Shown here one piece after another: positions 10,803 through 19,500 of a stretch of 64,000 nt of DNA. The notes below the pieces were generated by a model that saw nothing but the letters and a program-made list of their open reading frames with translations, was not told the origin of the DNA and did not search any database. Each line of letters begins with the position of its first letter. The first letter of the stretch is position 1. Location of the stretch: assembly GCA_963702205.1 (NCBI GenBank), contig OY969724.1:2240001-2304000 (forward strand). The letters run 5' to 3'. A program made the translations under genes and the position numbers. Origin of the DNA: an uncultured candidate division Zixibacteria bacterium. Lineage in GTDB: Bacteria > Zixibacteria > MSB-5A5 > GN15 > PGXB01.

Positions 10803-11402
10803 TATTTTTTTCGGACGATATATTTCGGCCAACCGGGGACCATCAGGCGACGGCCATTGAGTCAGGAAGACAAAATCCGGGTCGGTGACCCGAATACCGA
10901 GCTCAAATGAGTATTTCTGCTTGTATCGCCCCCCAAGAAATGCCAGATATCCCCAACTGCCGCTCATATCGGCATCGATAATGGTAATATCTTTGTAAAC
11001 CGTATCGGTCTTAAGATCACGGAATTTGACCCCTTCGAAGGAACTGGGGTCATACCAGCCGAAATTATACAGCGCCCCCAGTCCGAGATAGATAAAATAA
11101 TCATCCCTGCCCCGGTAAGTAAATACTTCTGCGGATATATTAAACGATTCCTGGGTGCCAATTCCGATATCGAAATCATTGACTCCGGACATATTGAAAT
11201 TGCCGCCGACCCGCATCGCGATGGGGTGCCAGATCAAATATTCTGCCTTGACACCGAATTCGGCACCGGGATCGGTCAGGGAACTGCCGACGTTTCCACC
11301 GGCAACCACGTGGAGGCTTAAAACATTAAGCGTGTCCCACTGGACTTTTTGATTGGAAACCATAGGTGATAGTAAAAGCAAAGTTAAAAGGTATGCTGTC
11401 AT
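10761..11402 (-). CDS. Hypothetical secreted protein, possible outer-membrane beta-barrel
   Basis: Hydrophobic N-terminus; Gly/aromatic-rich alternating strands; C-terminal WVRLGYIIPI. Confidence 0.6.
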   Translation of the reverse strand: MTAYLLTLLLLSPMVSNQKVQWDTLNVLSLHVVAGGNVGSSLTDPGAEFGVKAEYLIWHPIAMRVGGNFNMSGVNDFDIGIGTQESFNISAEVFTYRGRDDYFIYLGLGALYNFGWYDPSSFEGVKFRDLKTDTVYKDITIIDADMSGSWGYLAFLGGRYKQKYSFELGIRVTDPDFVFLTQWPSPDGPRLAEIYRPKKISTMWVRLGYIIPI

Positions 11403-11461
11403 TTTTTGGTCCGTCTATGTGGTTGCCTTATTCTTGTAACGGATTGAATATATGATTTGTT

Positions 11462-11489
11462 TTGAAAAATAAACAGCATTTCTTATAAT
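11462..11489 (+). promoter_or_regulatory. Putative leaderless-type promoter (TTGAAA-N16-TATAAT, ATG 6 nt later)
   Basis: Perfect -10 box directly before the start codon; no Shine-Dalgarno. Confidence 0.55.
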
Positions 11490-11495
11490 ATCCGT

Positions 11496-12164
11496 ATGAA
11501 GAAAGCTCTTCGATTTATTTGTGTCGTGATGCTGGCCCTGATGCCGGCGTCGTACGCCGTCGGTGAATCGACCGACAGCACCGTCATACGGTATTATTTA
11601 AAGCAGGCGCGTAACAGTTTCGAAACCACATATATATTCGGACTGAAGCGAGATTTCCAATGCCAGGCTCAGGCGATCGCGACTCTTACGAACTACCGGG
11701 GGAAGCTCGATCAGGTTGATACATTGGCTTATGAGGTAGTTTATTCAGATGGCAAAACATCCTCGATAAATATGACCGATACAGCCCGCATGTCTGAAAA
11801 CGTGATTCCCGAGATGGCCATACCGGACATGCCGTGGGAACTTGACTGCTGGTTTTATTTCTTCCCCAACGACACCGGCGGTGAGAATATATCTATCGGT
11901 TTCGAACCGCATGATGCCACCGCCCCAAATGCGGCCTCGGGTTTCATAAAACTCGACCGGTATAATTTCACGGTCAAAGAATATACTATCTATGAAAGCA
12001 ATGGCCAATTTTCCGAAAGGTATTCCCGCGTTTATACGTTTGAATATCGCAATCTCCTGACGGTGCCCGTTGCTCTGGAAAGGCACTGGCGAGCGGGCGG
12101 TTTCTGGGGTCGGAGATATTTTTATCAAAAAATCACGTTCGATAATTATCAAATGGCCGAATGA
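11496..12164 (+). CDS. Hypothetical secreted protein
   Basis: Signal peptide MKKALRFICVVMLALMPASYA; 222-aa ORF that looks beta-rich. Confidence 0.7.
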   Translation: MKKALRFICVVMLALMPASYAVGESTDSTVIRYYLKQARNSFETTYIFGLKRDFQCQAQAIATLTNYRGKLDQVDTLAYEVVYSDGKTSSINMTDTARMSENVIPEMAIPDMPWELDCWFYFFPNDTGGENISIGFEPHDATAPNAASGFIKLDRYNFTVKEYTIYESNGQFSERYSRVYTFEYRNLLTVPVALERHWRAGGFWGRRYFYQKITFDNYQMAE

Positions 12165-12172
12165 ATATTATC

Positions 12173-12201
12173 TTGCTCATCATTTAAGCTCATTCTATAA
12201 T
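12173..12201 (+). promoter_or_regulatory. Putative leaderless-type promoter of uppS (TTGCTC-N17-TATAAT, ATG 7 nt later)
   Basis: Consensus spacing and a perfect -10 box; no SD. Confidence 0.6.
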
Positions 12202-12208
12202 TACTCCG

Positions 12209-12955
12209 ATGAAAGACGACGAAGAAATCCTTAAATCCCAAATAGTCCCGGAACGCCTTCCGCAGCACATTGCCATTATTATGGACGGCAACGGTCGCTG
12301 GGCCAGCAAGCGTGATAAGCCGCGGACTTTCGGCCATGAAGCGGGCGTCGAAGCGGTAAGAAAAACCGTCCGTGCCGCGGCCGAACTCGGGATTCGGTAT
12401 ATGACGCTTTATACATTTTCAGTTGAGAACTGGAAAAGACCGCGCGAAGAGGTTACAGCCCTGATGAAACTTTTATCGAAAACGACGCGGCGTGAGATCG
12501 ACGAGTTGAACCGGAATAATGTCAGGCTTATCACGACCGGACGAATCGAGGGGCTTTCTTTGTCGCGCCGTAAGGCGCTGAGCCTTGCGATGGAGCGAAC
12601 CGGCGGCAATACCGGGCTGGTTTTGAACCTGGCCCTGAATTATGGCGGGCGGACCGAGATCATAGACGCCGTCAGGTCGATCGCCGAATCGGTCAAATCC
12701 GGCAAGCTGGATCCTCGCAAAATCGACGAAAAGCTATTCTCTGAGCATCTATATACATCGGCACTGCCCGACCCGGACCTGTTGATTCGGACCTCGGGAG
12801 AGATGCGCATATCGAATTTTCTTTTATGGCAGACCAGTTATACCGAAATGTATGTAACCGACGTGCTCTGGCCCGATTTCGGGCGTAAAGAGCTTTTCGA
12901 GGCTGTCATAGAATACCAGCACCGCGACCGGCGGTTCGGGAAGGTCACAGCTTAA
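12209..12955 (+). CDS. uppS: Undecaprenyl diphosphate synthase
   Basis: HIAIIMDGNGRWA, FSVENWKRP, ALNYGGR, PDLLIRTSGEMRISNFLLWQ. Confidence 0.98.
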   Translation: MKDDEEILKSQIVPERLPQHIAIIMDGNGRWASKRDKPRTFGHEAGVEAVRKTVRAAAELGIRYMTLYTFSVENWKRPREEVTALMKLLSKTTRREIDELNRNNVRLITTGRIEGLSLSRRKALSLAMERTGGNTGLVLNLALNYGGRTEIIDAVRSIAESVKSGKLDPRKIDEKLFSEHLYTSALPDPDLLIRTSGEMRISNFLLWQTSYTEMYVTDVLWPDFGRKELFEAVIEYQHRDRRFGKVTA

Positions 12956-13768
12956 ATGAGCAAAAATCTGATTCTTCGCATTACCGTCGCAGCCATATTC
13001 GGCCCGCTGATTATCTGGATCGGCTATCGTGGCGGTTGGTGGCTTATCGGGATGGTGCTGTTATTTGCCGCTTTGGGGCTTGGGGAATACCTCCGGCAGT
13101 TAAAAGACAAGCTGCCGAGCCATCTCAGAGCAGTAGTTTTTATCTTGACCTTGGGCGCGGTCTATGCTGCGGTCAAGATGTCAGATCAGCTTTCTTTATT
13201 TTTGCTCACCGGGCTGTTTTTGTGTATAGGAATGGCTCAGGCGGTGCAGAAAAAGATCCCGGCGGAACTGTTCAACAGTACGGTCGTCGCTTTCTGGGGA
13301 GCGGCATATATCGGATTCCTGTATCCTTTCGTTTACAAGATTCGGCAAGTTTACCCGGAGCAGGGCGGTCATTGGTTTTTATTCCTTTTGGGGACGCTCT
13401 GGCTGGCCGATACCATGGCTATGGGGGTTGGCAAAGCCATCGGCAAACATAAATTCGCACCAACTGTATCGCCCAATAAAACGGTCGAGGGATTTTTCGG
13501 AGGATTGCTCGGCGGCATAATTGTCGCCGTCATCATGCGCCTGTGGTTGCTTTCCAATATTGACTGGTGGGTGCTGATCGTCGCCGGTCTGATAGTGTCA
13601 CTGGTCGGGCAGTTGGGTGACCTGGTGGAATCGATGTGGAAGCGCTCCTATGGTATTAAAGATTCTTCGGCGATTATTCCCGGGCACGGCGGCGTCCTTG
13701 ACCGTTTCGATTCTCTACTTTTTGCGGCTCCGGCCCTGTACTGGTTTTTGAAATTCATTGCACCTTAA
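12956..13768 (+). CDS. cdsA: Phosphatidate cytidylyltransferase
   Basis: SPNKTVEG, GDLVESMWKR..GIKDSS.IIPGHGGVLDRFDS. Confidence 0.96.
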   Translation: MSKNLILRITVAAIFGPLIIWIGYRGGWWLIGMVLLFAALGLGEYLRQLKDKLPSHLRAVVFILTLGAVYAAVKMSDQLSLFLLTGLFLCIGMAQAVQKKIPAELFNSTVVAFWGAAYIGFLYPFVYKIRQVYPEQGGHWFLFLLGTLWLADTMAMGVGKAIGKHKFAPTVSPNKTVEGFFGGLLGGIIVAVIMRLWLLSNIDWWVLIVAGLIVSLVGQLGDLVESMWKRSYGIKDSSAIIPGHGGVLDRFDSLLFAAPALYWFLKFIAP

Positions 13769-14681
13769 AGTTTGTGAGGGTCCGGTAAAAATTCTGGATT
13801 TTATATTCGCCGCGCGACCCATGCTGCACATCCCCGTCTGGACCATATACTTATTATCACTGCGCGCTTTTGGTCGGGGTCATTTATTACTGCTCGATTT
13901 TCTGCTAATAGCCGCCCTGAGTTTTAACGCGGCCGGGGCTTATTATATTAATCAGATTTTTGACTATCATAGCGACCTTATAAACGAAAAAGTCGGCTTT
14001 CTGCAAAAAGGACTGCTGAGCAAAAAGTCGTTGAAAATCGCAGCCGTGATAGTCCTGGTACTATCATCCGTTTTGGCTCTTTGGGTCAATCTTCAGGCGG
14101 GGATTGTTAATCTCGTGTTACTGATTTTCGGCTTGTTATATTCCATGCCTCCGGCCCGGCTCAAAGACCGGCCGATACTGGGGCTGCTGGCCAACGGCAT
14201 CGGGTTCGGAATTCTGATACCTCTGATTGCCGCGTTTGCCATTGGGACTATATCCGAAAGCACTACTTGGCCCTGTCTGTTCTTCCTGCTGACGGTCGGT
14301 GCGGCGCACCTGATGACAATCATCCCCGATCGTGTCGGCGACATTGCGGCAGGGAAGAAAACTCTGGCGTTTTATCTGTCCGACAAGAAAATCATATATC
14401 TTGCCTCGATATTCATGCTGCTGGCTATATTACCGTCAATACTTATGGTTAATGTATTTATGATACTCATCTGCGTATCGACCTTCATATTATTAATGGT
14501 CGCGATATCAGTCGAACAAACGCGGGTTCTATTGTTCGCCTGCAAATTCCCAATTCTATTACTGTCATTGCTGGCCGGATATTATTATCCGATTTATTTT
14601 ATTTTTCTGGTTGTCATCCTGATGTCAACTCGCATATATTATATCAGGAGACAAAAAATTGTATACCCGAGGATCAGTTAG
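13758..14681 (+). CDS. UbiA-superfamily membrane prenyltransferase (substrate unknown; start uncertain)
   Basis: Multi-TM protein; NQIFDYHSDLIN, YSMPPARLK and PDRVGDIAAGKKT motifs. Confidence 0.85.
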   Translation: MHLKVCEGPVKILDFIFAARPMLHIPVWTIYLLSLRAFGRGHLLLLDFLLIAALSFNAAGAYYINQIFDYHSDLINEKVGFLQKGLLSKKSLKIAAVIVLVLSSVLALWVNLQAGIVNLVLLIFGLLYSMPPARLKDRPILGLLANGIGFGILIPLIAAFAIGTISESTTWPCLFFLLTVGAAHLMTIIPDRVGDIAAGKKTLAFYLSDKKIIYLASIFMLLAILPSILMVNVFMILICVSTFILLMVAISVEQTRVLLFACKFPILLLSLLAGYYYPIYFIFLVVILMSTRIYYIRRQKIVYPRIS

Positions 14682-15222
14682 GTTATATTCGGCGCTGGCG
14701 CTGGTGTGTCTTTTCATTCTTTCAGGATGCACTACCACCGTCCCTCGCTACCGCCAGGGCAGTGAGGAAACCCAGAACGATTCGCACAAATCACAAAAAG
14801 AACAAAAAGTCCTCGAATACCGCACCAACGAATTTTCCCAACTTCGAACCATAGATTTAATCAAACTCGGCATGATTATTCAATCCCATCTGGGAGTACC
14901 GTACGCCGGCACCTCGCGCTACGTAAAAGGGCTCGATTGCAGCGAATTTGTCCAAAACGTATTTGAGGAGTTCAACCGCACCGCTCTTTCCCGTACGGCC
15001 GCCAATCAGTTCAAGCAGGGTCACAAAATCGAGCGCGGACATCTGCGTTACGGTGACCTGGTATTTTTCCGCACCGAAGGTCGGAGCATATCGCACGTGG
15101 GGATTTATGTCGGCTATGACGAATTCGTGCACTCGTCATCGTCGTCGGGCGTCATTGTTTCCGGCATGCAGGAAAGTTACTGGCGCAAGCGTTTCGCCGG
15201 AGCGCGACGCGTCATTGATTAA
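14659..15222 (+). CDS. NlpC/P60 (C40) peptidase lipoprotein (start uncertain)
   Basis: Lipobox LSGC; LGVPY, GLDCS, GDLVFF, SHVGIY, FVHSS. Confidence 0.9.
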   Translation: MYTRGSVRLYSALALVCLFILSGCTTTVPRYRQGSEETQNDSHKSQKEQKVLEYRTNEFSQLRTIDLIKLGMIIQSHLGVPYAGTSRYVKGLDCSEFVQNVFEEFNRTALSRTAANQFKQGHKIERGHLRYGDLVFFRTEGRSISHVGIYVGYDEFVHSSSSSGVIVSGMQESYWRKRFAGARRVID

Positions 15223-15257
15223 CCCTCAACGCGGCTATTTTACGTATAATAAATGAC

Positions 15258-17081
15258 ATGCGATTGAATGAGACTCTAAAGCTGAAGCTGAAAAACCTGC
15301 CGACAAATCCGGGTGTCTATTTATTCAAGGACAAGACGGGGAAAATTATTTATGTCGGCAAGGCCAAAAATCTGAGAAACCGGGTCCGTACCTATTTCCA
15401 GAGTCCTGAAAAGCACGATCCCAAAACCGGGCGACTGGTTGCCGGGATTCACGATTTCGATCTCATGGTGACCGACTCGGAAATCGAGGCGCTGATTCTC
15501 GAGGCCAACCTCGTCAAAGAATACCACCCGCGCTACAACGTGAATCTTAAAGACGATAAACATTTTCCGTATATAAAAATTACCGTAAAGGACACATACC
15601 CCCGCGTCCTTATCGTTCGCCGGTTGGAAAACGACGGCTCCCGCTATTTTGGTCCGTACACCAACGCTACCGGCATGAGACGGACGATTAACTTCCTGAC
15701 TCGCCTGTTTAAAATTCGTGCCTGCAACCTGGTCATCCCTCATCCTCAGGGCAAAGCACTGAAGGTCTGCCTCGATTACAGGATTGGCCTGTGCGGTGGG
15801 CCGTGCGAAGGGCTCGTATCGGAAAAAGTATATCGTGAACATATCGACAATATCATCATGTTTTTATCCGGTCGGGCCGAGACCATGATCGATAATCTGC
15901 GCAAAAAAATGGAATTGTGCTCGAAACGCATGGAGTTCGAGCAGGCCGCCGAAATCCGCGACCAGATCGACGCGCTCGAATCCGTCCGGCACAAGCAAAA
16001 GGTCGACGTTGGCAAACTGATCAGCCGGGACATTATCGCCTGCGCCCGCGAGGAACGGGAAATTGTGGCGGTCGTACTGCAGGTCCGGGAAGGCGTTCTG
16101 ATCGGCCGCCAGGATTTTCGACTGACCGCCGAAACCGATGAATCCAACGACGACGTCATCTCGGGCTTCGTCCGTCAGTACTATAACCATCAGCAGGACT
16201 TGCCGCAGGAAATTTACCTGCCTCTGGCGCTGGCCGATGAGAAACTGATCGGGCGGTGGTTGAGAAAGAAAGAGGGGAAGATCGTCAAGCTGTTTACGCC
16301 TCAGAAAGGCGAGAAGCTCAAACTGGTCGATCTGGCTTCAACCAATGCCAGGCTCCTGCTGGATGAACTCCTGATCCAAAAAAAAGGGTACAAAGAACGA
16401 ATCGCCGGATCGGTTCAGGCGTTGAAAGACGATTTGCATATGGACCGGTCACCCCAAACTATCGCCTGCGTGGACATTTCCAATACCGGCCAGACCGATG
16501 CGGTCGGGTCGCTGGTGTACTTCAGCAATGGTAAACCGTACAAGTCCGAATATCGGCATTTTAAAATAAAGCAGGTGGCCGGACAGGATGACTTCGCCAT
16601 GATGCGGGAAATAATCGGCCGCTATTTCTTTCGTCTCAAGGATGAAAAGAAAAAACCGCCTGATTTGTTGGTGGTCGACGGCGGCAAGGGCCAGCTTTCG
16701 TCAGTTATGAAAGAATTGGCAACGCTCGATTTCAATGACCAGATTGTTATCGGGCTGGCCAAGCGTTTCGAGGAAATCTATTTCACCGGAAGAAAAGAAC
16801 CGCTGACCCTGCCGAGGTCATCGCCCGGGCTGGGGCTTCTAAAGCGAATCCGCGATGAGGCACACCGGTTCGCAATCGAGTACAACCGCAAGGTTCGGTC
16901 GAAAAGGACCATACAATCATCTCTGGATAAGCTCGATGGCATAGGACCAAAACGGCGGGAAATCCTGCTCAAGCATTTCGGTTCGGTTAAAAAGATTAAA
17001 GAGGCGTCGCTGGATGACCTCGTGGCCGTCAAGGGCATTCCCAAAACGGTTGCGGAAAAAATATACCGGTCGAATCATTAG
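15258..17081 (+). CDS. uvrC: Excinuclease ABC subunit C
   Basis: GIY-YIG (PGVY..IYVGKAKNLRNRV), UVR domain, DISN, DGGKGQ, RDEAHRFA, HhH. Confidence 0.98.
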   Translation: MRLNETLKLKLKNLPTNPGVYLFKDKTGKIIYVGKAKNLRNRVRTYFQSPEKHDPKTGRLVAGIHDFDLMVTDSEIEALILEANLVKEYHPRYNVNLKDDKHFPYIKITVKDTYPRVLIVRRLENDGSRYFGPYTNATGMRRTINFLTRLFKIRACNLVIPHPQGKALKVCLDYRIGLCGGPCEGLVSEKVYREHIDNIIMFLSGRAETMIDNLRKKMELCSKRMEFEQAAEIRDQIDALESVRHKQKVDVGKLISRDIIACAREEREIVAVVLQVREGVLIGRQDFRLTAETDESNDDVISGFVRQYYNHQQDLPQEIYLPLALADEKLIGRWLRKKEGKIVKLFTPQKGEKLKLVDLASTNARLLLDELLIQKKGYKERIAGSVQALKDDLHMDRSPQTIACVDISNTGQTDAVGSLVYFSNGKPYKSEYRHFKIKQVAGQDDFAMMREIIGRYFFRLKDEKKKPPDLLVVDGGKGQLSSVMKELATLDFNDQIVIGLAKRFEEIYFTGRKEPLTLPRSSPGLGLLKRIRDEAHRFAIEYNRKVRSKRTIQSSLDKLDGIGPKRREILLKHFGSVKKIKEASLDDLVAVKGIPKTVAEKIYRSNH

Positions 17082-17105
17082 ATGATAAACGCGATATTAA
17101 ATTCC

Positions 17106-17134
17106 TTGCACTTATAAGATATTGAGCTTATAAA
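17106..17134 (+). promoter_or_regulatory. Putative leaderless-type promoter of xseA (TTGCAC-N17-TATAAA, ATG 5 nt later)
   Basis: Spacing fits; no SD before ATG 17140. Confidence 0.4.
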
Positions 17135-17139
17135 ACGAT

Positions 17140-18354
17140 ATGGCAGGATACGAAAATAAAACCTATACGGTCACGGCCATCACCCGGTTGATCAAGCACA
17201 CGCTCGAAGAATCCTTCGAGCCGGTCTGGGTCGAAGGTGAACTGTCCAATTATATTCATCATTCATCGGGTCATTGTTACATGACTCTCAAAGATGAAAA
17301 CGCCGCGCTTCGCGTGGTCATGTGGCGCTCGGTGGGGCAGTATCTTAAGTTTGAACCGGAAAACGGGATGCAGATTCGGGTCTATGGTGATCTGACCGTC
17401 TATGAAAAATCCGGCCAGTATCAGCTCATGGCCCGGCAGATGGCGCCGGTCGGTGTCGGAGAACTTGAAATCGCCTTCAGGCAGTTGTATGAAAAACTTT
17501 CCAAAGAAGGCTTGTTCGAGCCGGAGCGCAAAAGGGCTTTGCCGCTCTTCCCGATGAAAGTCGGTGTTGTGACGTCACCCACCGGGGCGGCCATACGCGA
17601 CATTATCCAAATCGCCGGTCGCCGCAACGATACGATTCAACTGGTGATTTATCCAGCCCTCGTTCAGGGTGACGGGGCCGCTGAAACAATCAAAGCCGGG
17701 ATAGAATATTTCAATATTCGCGATGATATAGATGTCATAATAACCGGTCGTGGCGGAGGATCGCTCGAAGATTTGTGGGCATTTAACGAAGAAGTCACCG
17801 TACGAGCAATTGTCGCGTCCAAAATCCCCGTGGTTTCAGCCGTCGGGCATGAAATTGACACGACGCTTTCTGATATGGCCGCCGACCTCCGCGCCCCGAC
17901 CCCGTCGGCCGCCGCCGAACTGGTGATCTGGGATAAACAGGATTTTCAGGCCGAGATAACCGGATTTATGGATCGTTGCGCCTTTAGCATTGAAAAATCG
18001 GTCCATTTCCAGAGAGATGCGCTGCGCCGCAATATTAGCCGGACAGTTTACCGTCGACCCGAAAGCCTGATCTATGAGCGGCATCAGCAACTCGATAACG
18101 TCTTACGAGCTTTCGACTTTGCCTCAAAAAACAATTTGGAAATCCATAAAAACGCCGTATCTTTGGCCGTGTCCCGGCTGGAGTCGTTGTCGCCTTTGTC
18201 AATACTGGCAAGGGGTTATGCCGTAATCCGGAAACTGCCGGAGGCCGAGACGGTTAAAACTGTGCGACAGGTGAAAACGGGGCAGGAGTTGGAAATTATT
18301 TTGACCGACGGCAAAATATTGAGCGAAACCAAAAAAATATCCAGAACAAAGTAA
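17140..18354 (+). CDS. xseA: Exodeoxyribonuclease VII large subunit
   Basis: WVEGELSN..HSSGH, TSPTGAAIRD, RGGGSLEDLWAFN, SAVGHE.D, PTPSAAAE, LSPL.ILARGY. Confidence 0.97.
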   Translation: MAGYENKTYTVTAITRLIKHTLEESFEPVWVEGELSNYIHHSSGHCYMTLKDENAALRVVMWRSVGQYLKFEPENGMQIRVYGDLTVYEKSGQYQLMARQMAPVGVGELEIAFRQLYEKLSKEGLFEPERKRALPLFPMKVGVVTSPTGAAIRDIIQIAGRRNDTIQLVIYPALVQGDGAAETIKAGIEYFNIRDDIDVIITGRGGGSLEDLWAFNEEVTVRAIVASKIPVVSAVGHEIDTTLSDMAADLRAPTPSAAAELVIWDKQDFQAEITGFMDRCAFSIEKSVHFQRDALRRNISRTVYRRPESLIYERHQQLDNVLRAFDFASKNNLEIHKNAVSLAVSRLESLSPLSILARGYAVIRKLPEAETVKTVRQVKTGQELEIILTDGKILSETKKISRTK

Positions 18355-18606
18355 ATGACTCCCACCAGGAAGAAACATAAAGACTTCGAGACGGCTCTCA
18401 TTCGTTTGGAAGAAATCACCGAGCTTCTTGAATCGGGCGATACCAAGCTCGAAGAAGCTCTGGAGCTTTATACCGAAGGGGTCGAAATTGCCGTATTTTG
18501 TGCCGGCAAGTTGAAAGACGCCGAAAAGAAAATCAGTGTGCTCAAGAAGAAGGGCGAAGAACTCCTGGAAGTTCCCTTCGATAACTCCGAAGAAATCGAG
18601 AATTAG
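18355..18606 (+). CDS. xseB: Exodeoxyribonuclease VII small subunit
   Basis: FETALIRLEEI..LESG...LEEAL.LY.EG; lies between xseA and ispA. Confidence 0.93.
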   Translation: MTPTRKKHKDFETALIRLEEITELLESGDTKLEEALELYTEGVEIAVFCAGKLKDAEKKISVLKKKGEELLEVPFDNSEEIEN

Positions 18607-18615
18607 GCGGCTTTG

Positions 18616-19500
18616 ATGGTTCAAAGTATGACCGACCCGGATATTGCATATTTGAAAAACAGGCAGGCCGACGTCGACCGCCTGCTCGATCACTATCTGC
18701 CGCCCGCCGAAACCTACCCGCAGGTTCTTCATCAGGCGATGCGTTATTCGGTTTTGGCCGGAGGCAAACGCCTGCGGCCGATACTGGCGATTACGGCGTA
18801 CGAATCCTTCGGAGGAGCCGATTCCGAGATTATCAATCCCGCCGCCTGTGCGCTCGAATATATTCATACTTATTCTTTAATCCACGATGATCTTCCATGC
18901 ATGGACGATGATGACCTTCGTCGCGGGCAGCCCACGCTTCATAAAAAATTCGATGAAGCCACGGCCGTTTTGGCTGGAGATGCTCTTCACGATCTGGCTT
19001 TCGAGCTGATGGCCCGCGCCGGTTCGGCCCGGGCGGTCGAGGAACTGGCCCGCGCGATCGGTACGGAGGGAATGATCGGGGGGCAGGTCGCCGACGTGGC
19101 GGCCGAGGGCAAAGGTGTTACTCTCGACGATATAGTCTATATACACACGCACAAAACCGGGGCGCTTATCCGGGGGAGTCTCCGCATCGGGGCTATTCTG
19201 GCCGGTGTCGATGAGCCGATTCTCAAAAAGCTGTCTTTGTATGGCGAAAAAATCGGGCTTGCTTTTCAGATCGTCGATGATATTCTTGATGAAAAGGGCG
19301 ACCAAAAAGAATTGGGAAAGAAAATAGGCTCGGATCGTAAAAACAAAAAGGCCACATACCCGGGAACGGTCGGTTTGAAAAGGGCCGGAGAAGACGCCGG
19401 GAGGCTTATAGATGAAGCCGTCGATATATGCCGCCAATTCGACCTGCAGGACAATTACTTTGAAATGATCGCCCGCTTTATCGGGCAGAGACGCCATTGA
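18616..19500 (+). CDS. ispA: Farnesyl/geranyl diphosphate synthase
   Basis: GGKRLRP, SLIHDDLPCMDDDDLRRG, KTG, GLAFQIVDDILD. Confidence 0.93.
   Translation: MVQSMTDPDIAYLKNRQADVDRLLDHYLPPAETYPQVLHQAMRYSVLAGGKRLRPILAITAYESFGGADSEIINPAACALEYIHTYSLIHDDLPCMDDDDLRRGQPTLHKKFDEATAVLAGDALHDLAFELMARAGSARAVEELARAIGTEGMIGGQVADVAAEGKGVTLDDIVYIHTHKTGALIRGSLRIGAILAGVDEPILKKLSLYGEKIGLAFQIVDDILDEKGDQKELGKKIGSDRKNKKATYPGTVGLKRAGEDAGRLIDEAVDICRQFDLQDNYFEMIARFIGQRRH

Noticed and set aside
17077..17089. ATTAGATGATAAA shared with 36385-36397
   Set aside because: Tens of chance 13-mer matches are expected in 64 kb, and the genes share no obvious function.
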